Assembly (NCBI GenBank): GCA_038227875.1
Contig: JBBRPR010000002.1
Span: 96,001 to 160,000 of the forward strand
Direction: 5' to 3'
Source of the DNA: Planctomycetota bacterium
GTDB lineage: Bacteria; Planctomycetota; SZUA-567; H5-PLA8
Length of the DNA stretch: 64,000 nt
Position 1 is the first letter of the stretch, and each line of letters begins with the position of its first letter. Shown one piece after another: positions 44,576 through 53,588 of the stretch. Below the pieces are notes generated by a model. It saw only the letters and a list, made by a program, of their open reading frames with translations. It had not been told where the DNA came from and searched no databases. Both the position numbers and the translations under genes were made by a program.

Positions 44576-45009
44576 ATCCTTAGTGAAGTAAAAAGAGTGG
44601 CGCATTCAGTCAAACTTTCCGAACCTTGGATTACGAAACGTTCACCTCATAAAGATAACTCGCGGCGGAAGGGTGTGCAACCGAATTCCTAACAAAGTGC
44701 ACCTGCGGGAATGTCGAAAAGTGAATGTCGAATGTCGAAGAATGTGGGCGGCGCTCGCAGGTGTAACATTCGAGCTGGATTGCACGGGGTGAGGTACCAC
44801 ACGGTTTCATAGGTGAATGTTACCAAATGTGACAGAATGTTACGCGGACCGGGAGTGGGGCTGTTTTCCGGTACAACAGCGCGGGTGTACGGCGCGGACC
44901 CTCCGGCCGAGATGCCCGGTCTATTTATGACCGGGCACTTCTGGCCTGGCGCGTCGTTGCGCTCGGGGTCCGCTGGAGGCGTATGAGGTTGTCAAAGAGC
45001 GGGAACAGA

Positions 45010-45044
45010 GTCATTGGTCATTGGTCATTGGTCATTGGTCATTT
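45010..45044 (+). repeat. tandem heptamer (GTCATTG)x5
   Basis: Direct reading; fifth unit GTCATTT. Confidence 0.9.
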
Positions 45045-45126
45045 TTCATTTACGAGGGGCGGATGGGGCGCGTCGTGGAGTGAGGGCGGGCCGCGGCTGA
45101 CTTTGGCACAAGGGGAACGCGAGGTT

Positions 45127-45277
45127 GGTGATTGGCGCATTGCGATTGCAATTGGGATCATTGGGTGTCTCTTGGAATTTGGGGCGTTGGAGTGTGCCAC
45201 TGGTGGCTTGTCCACCAGTGCCGCGCTCGCGGACCCACGTGGATGGTTCGTGAAGGTTGAGAGCGCGGGGCGCGTGT
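45127..45277. repeat. left arm of diverged ~150-bp inverted repeat containing REP-like palindrome GTGCCACTGGTGGCTTGTCCACCAGTGCCGC
   Basis: Reverse complement aligns with 47143-47293; 31-bp core has 1 mismatch; related palindrome at 45527-45563. Confidence 0.75.
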
Positions 45278-46003
45278 GGTTCATGCTGTTGCCGTTGCTG
45301 TTCACGCTGTTGCTTGGGAGCTCGGCGAGGGCTGGGGTGTGGCATTAGATGGCCTGATCACTGGAAAGGCGGCGAGGGTTGCGCGGAAATCGGGCGCCCT
45401 TTCAGGGCGCGGGGCATCGAGTCGAACCGAGGGCTGCCGCCCTCGGCTATTGACGGGCGGCCTTCCAGGCCGTGGGGCTTCGCGCGATCGGTGGCGACTC
45501 GGACGGGCGGGCTTTGTTTGCGAGGTCGGCACTGGTGGCTATACAGCCAGCCACCAGTGGCACACAACTGCAGGCGAAATTGCAAACGAGGCGCGTCTCT
45601 CGCCTGTTCGAAAAGCTCAGGGCAGGCACCCTGACTTGTGAATGGGAGCAAGTGGGCGCGGGGCGTGGGTGCTCCGGGGGATGGGGTGTTCACGGGGATG
45701 GCTCCTGGCGGACGGGACTTGAGTGTTGCAGATGATAAAAGACTGGGGGGTTCGGGCGTTGGTGCGGGATAGTGGATTTCCTTTATATATCTATGCGCTT
45801 GAGAAATGAAAAAGTCAAGTAATATCTTGAAACTTCGTATATAAAAGTTAAGTATTTTTATATTTATAGTGAGTTATGAGTTTCAGTTCGCATGGGGCAG
45901 TATTCGGTTTCCGTTGGCCGGGGACGCGCGATGAAGCTTCGTCGTGTGAAAAGTGTCCTTATATAAAGCAACTCTCGACACTGAAAATCAAGGGAAATCT
46001 GGC

Positions 46004-46123
46004 GAATGAGCTAATTTGAGCAGGAATGAGAGCGAATGATAGCAAATGAGCGCGAATGAGCAGGAATGATTCAAAATGAGCGTGATTGAACAAGAATGAG
46101 CACGAATGAGCTGAAATGAGCGG
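46004..46123 (+). repeat. 12 x 10-bp phased tandem array, consensus GAATGAGCnn
   Basis: gaatgagcta atttgagcag gaatgagagc gaatgatagc aaatgagcgc gaatgagcag gaatgattca aaatgagcgt gattgaacaa gaatgagcac gaatgagctg aaatgagcgg. Confidence 0.92.
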
Positions 46124-46254
46124 TTTTGTGTTGGATGGGCGGGGGGCAATGGATGGTGTTGGCGAAATCGTGGTTTGCAGAAAAGGGTGCAGCGTTCATA
46201 CAATTCCATGCTGGTCGCTGTCTGTGGAACTCGCCTCAAACGGAGGTCGCTGAC

Positions 46255-47109
46255 TTGAGTGAGACTGAGGATAACTCGTACGAGGCTCACGAGCGGCGCA
46301 AGCGCGCTTTAACGGAGCGCTTGCGCGCCTGCCAGCAGGATGAGATCGTGGGTGTGGTTGATCCGAGCGGGGGTGGTGTGGTGCGGGTACGCTCGGGTGA
46401 CGAGACAGAATGGACTCTGGTGGCATGTCTCTGCCCGTGGCGGATAGCCGGACAGGCCATGAAGGAAAGCAAACTGCATCTGGAGTTGAAAGCGGATGCC
46501 GCGACACTGGACGAGACCCAGAACGCGCTCAAGGTCCATGACGTTGTGCGCCTTCGCGCGCAAATAATTGAAGACGCTTCGGGACAGCGCGCCGATGGTT
46601 TGTTGAAAGTGGTGATCGGAACGGAAACTCGCGACGAGGAACTTTCCGCGCAAGCTTTGGCAAGACAAAAGCCAGTCACATTTACTGATGATCTGCTCGG
46701 AGAATTTACGCTGAATCGCAGTGTCGGCTGGTTTGGGGGCAAGCCACTTTGGATGGGCAAGCGGATCCGGTTGTCGCTTTCCGTTGATACTTCTGTCAAT
46801 GCGGATGCATTCCTGAAGACTGCGCATTTGATTTGGAGCGCGCAGAAGGAGTGGGATCAACGGGCGCGTGCGGTGGCGGTCCGCGATCTGTTGAAATTGA
46901 AAAACTCGGCATGGCTCGACACGGATGAAGGCGAGACGGAATTATCCGCGGCGCAGTTCAGTGCCAAAATTGAGTGTGAAAGCGTGAACATCAGCGACGA
47001 TGAGGACATCACGTTTTACTACAATGACGGGGATCTCTTTCTCGGGCATTCAATCCAGATCAGCGCAACGATTTCGGACGGGCCGACGGATGCGCAAATT
47101 GTCGGGTGA
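46255..47109 (+). CDS. DUF2262-like protein
   Basis: LGEFTLNRSVGWF..W, W...AR..A...LL.LKN.AW, FYYNDGDLFLGHSI; GGAGGT SD before TTG at 46255. Confidence 0.75.
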   Translation: MSETEDNSYEAHERRKRALTERLRACQQDEIVGVVDPSGGGVVRVRSGDETEWTLVACLCPWRIAGQAMKESKLHLELKADAATLDETQNALKVHDVVRLRAQIIEDASGQRADGLLKVVIGTETRDEELSAQALARQKPVTFTDDLLGEFTLNRSVGWFGGKPLWMGKRIRLSLSVDTSVNADAFLKTAHLIWSAQKEWDQRARAVAVRDLLKLKNSAWLDTDEGETELSAAQFSAKIECESVNISDDEDITFYYNDGDLFLGHSIQISATISDGPTDAQIVG

Positions 47110-47142
47110 GGAGTAGATCGGCATTGCCCATCCCAAAAGGCC

Positions 47143-47293
47143 AATGCACTCCGCGCATTCAATGCCTCACGGACCGGCAGCCATTGTCCGTGAGGGCGGC
47201 ACTGGTGGACGAGCCACCAGTGGCACATTCCGGCGCTTTGATTGCAAGAGGAGCGTGATGGTCCAGATTGCAAGCGCGGTGGCGCTCTTGACC
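47143..47293. repeat. right arm of diverged ~150-bp inverted repeat (REP-like core 47196-47226)
   Basis: GCGGCACTGGTGGACGAGCCACCAGTGGCAC plus flanks homologous to the left arm. Confidence 0.75.
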
Positions 47294-47384
47294 GGTCCGC
47301 GCGTAAGCTTCTCACCCCGGTCTCGCTGCGCTCGCTCGACCTGCTCCCCAGAGGGGGCGAGGGGACCAATGATTCCGTCCCGTT

Positions 47385-48221
47385 CTACGTCCACAACTGC
47401 GCGAAGGTGTAGGGCATGCCTTCGATTTGGCGGACGCCGAACCAGCAGACGTTGTCGCCGTTGACTAATTCGACGCGGCGGTTGCGGACGGCGGGGATGT
47501 CGGAGTAAGGGGCGAAGTCGGCGAGGTGTTTTTCTTTGAAGCGATAGGGCTCGGACGGGAGCCAGATCACGTCGGGTTGCGCGGCGCGGATCTGGTCCAT
47601 CGTGACGGTGGGGTAGCGCGAAGACGCGTCGGCTCCGAAGACATTCTCGGCGCCGACGACGCGGAGATGATCGTGGATGAAGGTGTCGGCGTTGGTCGTC
47701 ATCCACGGATCGCGCCAGATGGCGTAGAACAGGCGCAGCGGTTTTCGCGCGGCGAGTTTTTCGGCGGCGCGGCGGCGGACTGATTTCAGTTGTTCGTCGG
47801 CTTCGCGGGCGAGCGATTCGGCGCGTTCGGTGGCGCCGATCAGGGCACCGAGTTCGCGGATCGAGGCGATGCCGTCGTCGAGCGTTTTCACGCCGTTGCA
47901 GTAGGTCTCGAGGCGCGACTTGAACCAGTCGATGTCCTCGAGCTGATTTTCTTCGAGATTGGTGAGCAGGAGGTCGGGATTGAGGCTCATCACTTTTTCG
48001 CGGAGGACTGTCTTGGTGCCGCCGACTTTGACGACGCGCGGGTCTTTGAGCAGGTCCTTGGGTTCGATGCAGAAGGCGGTGCAGCCGACGAGTTCTTCGC
48101 GGCCGCCGATGGCGCAGAGCGATTCGGTCAGGCTGGGCACGAGCGAGACCACGCGGCGGTTGGGGCGTACCGTTGCGGGGGTGTGCACCACGTTACCGGC
48201 GTCGGTCCACGGACTGTTCAT
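47385..48221 (-). CDS. helical-backbone metal receptor (BtuF/cobalamin-Fe3+ binding family)
   Basis: RRVVSLVPSLTESL, VGCT.FC..P, VGGTK, IWRDPWMT, PDVIWLPSEPYRF. Confidence 0.85.
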   Translation of the reverse strand: MNSPWTDAGNVVHTPATVRPNRRVVSLVPSLTESLCAIGGREELVGCTAFCIEPKDLLKDPRVVKVGGTKTVLREKVMSLNPDLLLTNLEENQLEDIDWFKSRLETYCNGVKTLDDGIASIRELGALIGATERAESLAREADEQLKSVRRRAAEKLAARKPLRLFYAIWRDPWMTTNADTFIHDHLRVVGAENVFGADASSRYPTVTMDQIRAAQPDVIWLPSEPYRFKEKHLADFAPYSDIPAVRNRRVELVNGDNVCWFGVRQIEGMPYTFAQLWT

Positions 48222-48420
48222 GGATTTTAGAATAACAATAGGGCGCTGAAAAATACAGCGCGCACCTAACTCCCGAACCCCCGAACCCCTTACCTAAAAG
48301 GGAGGGGGCCGGGGGTGGTGTTTGCGATTGAAGGTTTTTTGCCAACCTGCGTCCTAAAATGTAGAGCGGCGCTTGGACCCGCGGCTACGGATGGACATTT
48401 TTTGCAGGAGGTCATCGACC

Positions 48421-49635
48421 ATGAATAAATTACGTCTCAGTATTCCGCTGGCGCTTGGATCGCTATTTCTGGTTCCGCAGCTGAGCCAGGCGGCGGATGC
48501 GAATACTCCCCCGGCGGAGAAGCCGGCGCCGAATACGACCGAGCTTGAAAACCGCATCCGGACGCTGGAGGCGCGCATTCACGATCTCGAATCGCAGCTC
48601 GACGACCGGGCCACGCAGAACAACAACCACAGCATGCGCCAGTTCCGCGATCGGATGAAGCGCGACCTGGGCAACAACTTCGACGACATGTTCGATCAGA
48701 TGCGCCGCGAGCTGGAACAGGGTGGCTTCAATTTCAAATTTGATTTCACGCCGGATGGCCAGATGGCGCCGCCGCGGCTTAATAGTCGCGGATTCGGGAT
48801 GAATGCGCCGAGCCAGGAGCGGCCGCGCCTGGGCGTGCAGTTGCAGCCGTTGAGCGACGAACTGCGCGAACGCTTCAACAACAAGCCGACGCAGGGCGCG
48901 TTCGTGACGTCGGTGGTGCCGGATTCCCCCGCGGAGAAGGCGGGCCTCGCGGTGGGCGATGCGATTATCAAAGTGGACGGGAAGGACGTGGCGACTGCGG
49001 CGGAGGCGATTGACGCGGTGCGCAACGCGGCCGACGGGAAGCTCAGCCTGACCGTGCTGCGCCAGAACAAGGAAGTGACGCTGACGGCCGAACTGCAGGC
49101 GGAACTGTCGATCGACGATGACGCGAACCAACCGCCCAACGGCCGCTGGCTGCGCAAAGGGGATCTGAACCGCGGTCCGAAGAGCCTGGGCAACAACGGC
49201 ATGACCGGCAATGGCGCGAACGGACATTCGGAATCGAAAACGGTGCTGAAGGCATCGGCGCTGGAAGTGACGGATGAACTGGCGACGACGCTGAAGCTCA
49301 ATGACGAGCAGCGCAAGAAGATGAGCGACGTGCTGGCCAGGCAGTCGCAGGCGGCGAGCGACGAAGCGTCGGCGCCGGTTCAGCCGCGGGCGACTACGCG
49401 CGGCGGCTGGAATAATCTTTCGTTGAACGCGGACATCAGTGGCATCATCGAGAAACACGTCGCGGCCGCGGAAACGGAATTGAAGGGGACGCTTAACGAC
49501 GAGCAGCTGCGCGCGTGGAAGGATTATCGCGCGACGCACAATACGATTCAGTTCTCGCGGTCGATGACGATCGAGAATGGCGGAACGGTTCCGGCGCCGT
49601 CGAACGGCGGTGCTTCGGGCGGGAATGGCTTCTAA
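48421..49635 (+). CDS. secreted PDZ-domain protein
   Basis: Signal peptide, coiled coil, RLGV..VTSVVPDSPAEKAGL.VGDAIIKVDG. Confidence 0.85.
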   Translation: MNKLRLSIPLALGSLFLVPQLSQAADANTPPAEKPAPNTTELENRIRTLEARIHDLESQLDDRATQNNNHSMRQFRDRMKRDLGNNFDDMFDQMRRELEQGGFNFKFDFTPDGQMAPPRLNSRGFGMNAPSQERPRLGVQLQPLSDELRERFNNKPTQGAFVTSVVPDSPAEKAGLAVGDAIIKVDGKDVATAAEAIDAVRNAADGKLSLTVLRQNKEVTLTAELQAELSIDDDANQPPNGRWLRKGDLNRGPKSLGNNGMTGNGANGHSESKTVLKASALEVTDELATTLKLNDEQRKKMSDVLARQSQAASDEASAPVQPRATTRGGWNNLSLNADISGIIEKHVAAAETELKGTLNDEQLRAWKDYRATHNTIQFSRSMTIENGGTVPAPSNGGASGGNGF

Positions 49636-49662
49636 GCCGTCGCCTGGGACGTGAGTGAAGAC

Positions 49663-49702
49663 GAGACGGGCAGAGCGTGAAAGCTCTGCCCGTTTCTTTT
49701 TT
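49663..49702 (+). terminator. intrinsic terminator
   Basis: GAGACGGGCAGAGC...GCTCTGCCCGTTTC followed by T-run. Confidence 0.85.
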
Positions 49703-49764
49703 GTGGGTCGAAATCGTACGGTCATCCGTTTGCATCTCTATGGATAGGGCACGGAGAGATTGAT

Positions 49765-50886
49765 ATGTATAGCCATCGACTTTTCACGGCACTGACGGTG
49801 CTGACCTTGGCGGGAATAGCGCAGGCACGAGCGGAAGACCGCGTTTTTGATCAGCCGGGTGTGGAAGTGCGGATCAGCGCGACCGATCTGGCGCCACGCA
49901 TAAATACGGTGGTCGAAGGAATCGTGACAGCGGTTAACGGAGAGGCCGGCGCATTTTCGGTCAGTGGGCGGCGGGTGTTGTTCCAGAGCTCCCGCGAGGA
50001 CCAGCCGCCGGTGGATACGACGCTGGTTCCGGCGGAAGTTGTGCAACTGCCGCCGGGCATTCGAACGGGTGCGATTGTGCTGGGCAAATCCGCGAGCCCC
50101 GGGCTGAACATTTATGCGAGTGTCGCGGGCTTTAATATTCTTCTGCGCGACACGCCGCGGCCTCCGGTGGTGGGAGACGGCGTTGATCACCGCTTCGAGC
50201 AGGGACCGTTTACGAGCACGGTCACGCCGCAGCCGTTGCCGCCTGTGCATCTGGTTCCACCTCCGAATCTGGCGCAGACAATGCCGGCTGCCGCGGCCAG
50301 TCATCCGTGCGTGTGCACGCGCATTGTCGTGCAAGCTCCCATGGTTGGAAATGGAGCAGGGACAGTCGCAGGGACGGGGGCGACGCGAGCAGGTGGCGCA
50401 GCGGGTGAGGAACAGTCAACGCGCGAGCCTGCACCGATCCTGGACTACAAGTTCTTCCCGACCGATCATGGTATGACGGTGATCAACAGCATGGATTTGA
50501 AGCAGCCGATTGCGCTGGCGAAGGACAATGTGTTGCATCCGGTGGAAGATCCTGATCACGCCAAGCGCCCGTGGGATGCGGCGTGTGTGTGCGACGCGAC
50601 GTTGGTGATCCGGCCCTACGGCGACGATTTTACGCAGAACGCCGAGACGTACACCAATCCGCGATCGCGGACGGGTGAACGGGTTGCGTACGAGAAAGAG
50701 CCGGTCGCCGATCCGCTGCCGCCGGAAAACAAGCGCGATTCGATTTTGAACATCAAGAACACGCCGCCCCGCGCCGTTCGCGCGCTGAGAAAAGGCGATC
50801 GCGTGCTGGTCGGATATTCGTCGGGCGAAGTGGCCGAGCCGGTGTTCGTGATTCGCGCTCCGGGAATCGACGTACCTTCACGGTAG
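49765..50886 (+). CDS. secreted hypothetical protein (Pro-rich)
   Basis: Signal peptide AQARA; GGAGAG SD; host codon usage. Confidence 0.7.
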   Translation: MYSHRLFTALTVLTLAGIAQARAEDRVFDQPGVEVRISATDLAPRINTVVEGIVTAVNGEAGAFSVSGRRVLFQSSREDQPPVDTTLVPAEVVQLPPGIRTGAIVLGKSASPGLNIYASVAGFNILLRDTPRPPVVGDGVDHRFEQGPFTSTVTPQPLPPVHLVPPPNLAQTMPAAAASHPCVCTRIVVQAPMVGNGAGTVAGTGATRAGGAAGEEQSTREPAPILDYKFFPTDHGMTVINSMDLKQPIALAKDNVLHPVEDPDHAKRPWDAACVCDATLVIRPYGDDFTQNAETYTNPRSRTGERVAYEKEPVADPLPPENKRDSILNIKNTPPRAVRALRKGDRVLVGYSSGEVAEPVFVIRAPGIDVPSR

Positions 50887-50905
50887 TTGCACGGTAGTTC
50901 GTTCG

Positions 50906-52408
50906 TTACCGTGAGCGGACGAAGCGGGTTTTCATCAGCCAGACATTGTACGGCGTCCAGGTCGAGAGCACGAAATAGACTGTGACGGAGCCATCGGCGT
51001 TGACGGTACTGGTATCGAGCATGTAGGGGCCATAGGTCGCGCCGGAATTTTCTGGAGCGAGGAAGGGCTTGCCATCGGGGCGTAGCACGGGGTAGCTGTT
51101 TTGGGTGATCGGATCCTTGCCCGGGTGGTGGATGAATTTGTCGGCCCACGGATCGAAAAGGCCGAAGACGCGCATCTCTTTGGACCACGTTCCCCACGGC
51201 GTTGGCGCGGTGCGGAAGATCACGTCGATGTAGCGGTCCTGGTAGCTTAAGACGAACTGGCCGAGCGCGGCATTCCAGGCGACGGAATGTTCGCCGATGC
51301 ACGGCTCGCCGTTGGGACGCCAGGTGTCGAGCAGCGGAATGGCGGCGGCCTCGTCGTGCGACCAGGCGGGCTGACCGCCGGTGACTGCGGAACAGAACCA
51401 CCATTTGGTATCGTCACGTTTGCCTTGCGCGGTGGCCTCGATGTCTTCACCGGCGACAGCGGCAAGATAGAGATTGCTGTGAACGTAGCGCCACGAGCTC
51501 CCCCAGATCAGGAGGACCGATTTGGCTTTCTGCAGAGGTGGCGGCAGCAGCGGCAGAAGTTGTGCGGACTGCAGCGCGGCGTGGTCCATCAGCACCGGCG
51601 CGGCGTGAATGAATTTTCCGGCGTCGTGGAGGTCGGAGGGCGGCGCGTCGACGTCTTGAACGCTCGCGTGCTCCGAAACATCGTACAGGCGCGTGAAGGT
51701 GGGCGGGGCGTCTTCTTTCCACTGGGTGTAGGTCTGGTCGGAACGGGCGAGCACGGAGTTCAGGAAAAAGGTGATCTTCTTTCCTGACGCGCCTTCCTGT
51801 TCCTGATGTTTGACGTTGTAGAACAGGTAGAGGTACCCGTTGAGCGCGAAGGCGCCGGTGGGGACTTCGTAGGAGCCGAGCGCCTGGCCGGGAAGCAGAT
51901 CTTTGATCGCGGTGGGCGCGAAGCGCGGCTCGGTCTCGACGGGCGTGGGGCGGAGGAAGAATTTCAGCAGCGGCGCGTCGCGGTTGTCGCTGTCCGGCGC
52001 ATTTTTGCTCGTGGCGAGCTGCTGGTCGACGCGTTCGATGGTGTGGCAGGCGTTGAAGTCGAAGGGGAGATTGATGTAGCCGATGCTGTCATCTTTTCCC
52101 CAGCCGGGGTGCCAGACGTATTGCTTGTCCTTGAGCGTGTAGCCCCAACTGTCGCCGAAGAGGAAGACCATTTTGTCTGGGAACGAAACGGGGATGCCGA
52201 GGTCGGCGCCGTTTAGTCCGGCTCGCGAGAGTGTCTGGGCGGGCGTCGCGGCTTTGTAGTGCTGGCCTTTGGCGAAGAATTGAAACGTCTCACCGGTCAG
52301 TTGCACCAGCGGGACCGTTGATCCTTTGACCCAGGTGGTGGCGGGCGTGGCTTCGTCGGCGGCGGCGAGGGTGCAGACCAGCAGAATGACGCAGAACTTC
52401 AAACACAT
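50906..52408 (-). CDS. secreted DUF4185-like beta-propeller protein
   Basis: GADLGIP..MVFLFGDS, VPTGAF, GEHSVAWN, FRTAPTPWGTWS, YGPY, YFVLSTWTPYNVWLM. Confidence 0.78.
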   Translation of the reverse strand: MCLKFCVILLVCTLAAADEATPATTWVKGSTVPLVQLTGETFQFFAKGQHYKAATPAQTLSRAGLNGADLGIPVSFPDKMVFLFGDSWGYTLKDKQYVWHPGWGKDDSIGYINLPFDFNACHTIERVDQQLATSKNAPDSDNRDAPLLKFFLRPTPVETEPRFAPTAIKDLLPGQALGSYEVPTGAFALNGYLYLFYNVKHQEQEGASGKKITFFLNSVLARSDQTYTQWKEDAPPTFTRLYDVSEHASVQDVDAPPSDLHDAGKFIHAAPVLMDHAALQSAQLLPLLPPPLQKAKSVLLIWGSSWRYVHSNLYLAAVAGEDIEATAQGKRDDTKWWFCSAVTGGQPAWSHDEAAAIPLLDTWRPNGEPCIGEHSVAWNAALGQFVLSYQDRYIDVIFRTAPTPWGTWSKEMRVFGLFDPWADKFIHHPGKDPITQNSYPVLRPDGKPFLAPENSGATYGPYMLDTSTVNADGSVTVYFVLSTWTPYNVWLMKTRFVRSR

Positions 52409-52549
52409 GTGCTTTCCTCCAGTGGTGGCTCAACCTACCCGCCAGACGCCAGCCTGTGAATGGGGCGGCGTTGCAAAAACATGTGTTTTATTGATGTCGG
52501 GACGCAATCCGATGTTCAAAGGTCCAGGCGATCGTGCTAAACTTCTGAC

Positions 52550-53356
52550 GTGAAAACAGAGAAGCGATTCTTTCCGCCGGCGGCGACTTCACGCAGCGAT
52601 CTGCGCCTCCTCGGCCTGGCTATTCGTGAACGGCTGCGGCCGTGGACGGTCCGCCGCGACGTTGGGCCGGAACATTTTATCATCATGTTTTTTCATGATG
52701 CTGCTGTGATCAATGGTGTGCGCGCTCCGGAGAATACGCTGGTGATCTGGCCGCCGCGCACGGCGCACACGTATGGCCGCGAAGATCGAGCGTGGTCGCA
52801 TTCGTGGTTGGTGGCGGACGGACCATTTTTGCGCGCGCAGCTCCGGGCGCTGAAGTTGCCGCTCAACCGCGCGCTCACGGGCATCGATGCGGCGACGTTC
52901 GAGCACGGGGTGGGGGAGCTCAACCGGGAACTTCACGAAGCGGCGCCGGATGGCGTGATCGTCAAAAATCTGCTGGTGAACTGGCTGCGCGAATTGCAGC
53001 GCGCGGTAGCCGGACGCAGCAGGGCTCAGCGCGTGCCGGCGGCTTACCGCGCGTTGCGGCAGTTTCTGGAGGAGCACCACGACCAACCGGTGACGCTGGC
53101 GTCGCTGGCGCGGCGGCTCCATGTTTCGCGTAGTCATCTCAGCCGCGAGTTTCAGCGCCATTTTGGCGTCGCGCCGATTCACTACCTGCTGCGCCTGCGG
53201 TTGCAGCACGCCGCGCATCTGCTGCGCGAGCAGAATTTCAACGTGACGGAAGTCGCGCGCGCGGTGGGCTACGAGGACGTCTTTCACTTTTCGAAACTTT
53301 TCAAAAAGCATCACGGCCTCAGTCCGCGCGCGTTTCGGCGGCCGTCGCGAATTTGA
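52550..53356 (+). CDS. AraC-family transcriptional regulator
   Basis: Cupin N-domain; LARRLHVSRSHLSREF, VTEVARAVGYEDVFHFSKLFKK. Confidence 0.93.
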   Translation: MKTEKRFFPPAATSRSDLRLLGLAIRERLRPWTVRRDVGPEHFIIMFFHDAAVINGVRAPENTLVIWPPRTAHTYGREDRAWSHSWLVADGPFLRAQLRALKLPLNRALTGIDAATFEHGVGELNRELHEAAPDGVIVKNLLVNWLRELQRAVAGRSRAQRVPAAYRALRQFLEEHHDQPVTLASLARRLHVSRSHLSREFQRHFGVAPIHYLLRLRLQHAAHLLREQNFNVTEVARAVGYEDVFHFSKLFKKHHGLSPRAFRRPSRI

Positions 53357-53366
53357 GCGAAAAGTT

Positions 53367-53411
53367 TTGACAGGGGCATGAACTGGGCTTATATATCTGT
53401 CGCGGATATAT
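53367..53411 (+). promoter_or_regulatory. sigma70-like promoter with overlapping palindrome ATATATC-N7-GATATAT
   Basis: TTGACA at 53367, TATATA 17 bp later (imperfect -10), palindrome 53391-53411. Confidence 0.5.
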
Positions 53412-53588
53412 CCGTGAGAGAGTGAGTCGCGGGTGACGGTGAAGACGGCACCCATTCTATAAAGAGGGGAATTTTTTTCGCGCTGACGCGACTACTTTGC
53501 AGCGACTCGGGAAATCGAAGCCCATGCCTCTGCGGTCGGGTGGTGCAGTTGACGCATAACAGCGCGTTGGCCAAGGACAGGATTCTTC

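Noticed and set aside
45039..45735. Short ORFs in the repeat mosaic as real genes
   Set aside because: Composed of palindromic repeats on both strands with no protein-like composition
46004..46123. Decamer array as CRISPR or coding repeat
   Set aside because: No spacers; a 10-bp period with TGA in rotating frames is incompatible with + strand coding, and the minus-strand ORF is low-complexity
53391..53411. ModE box controlling the mod operon
   Set aside because: About 25 kb from modABC and the arm arrangement differs from the ModE consensus
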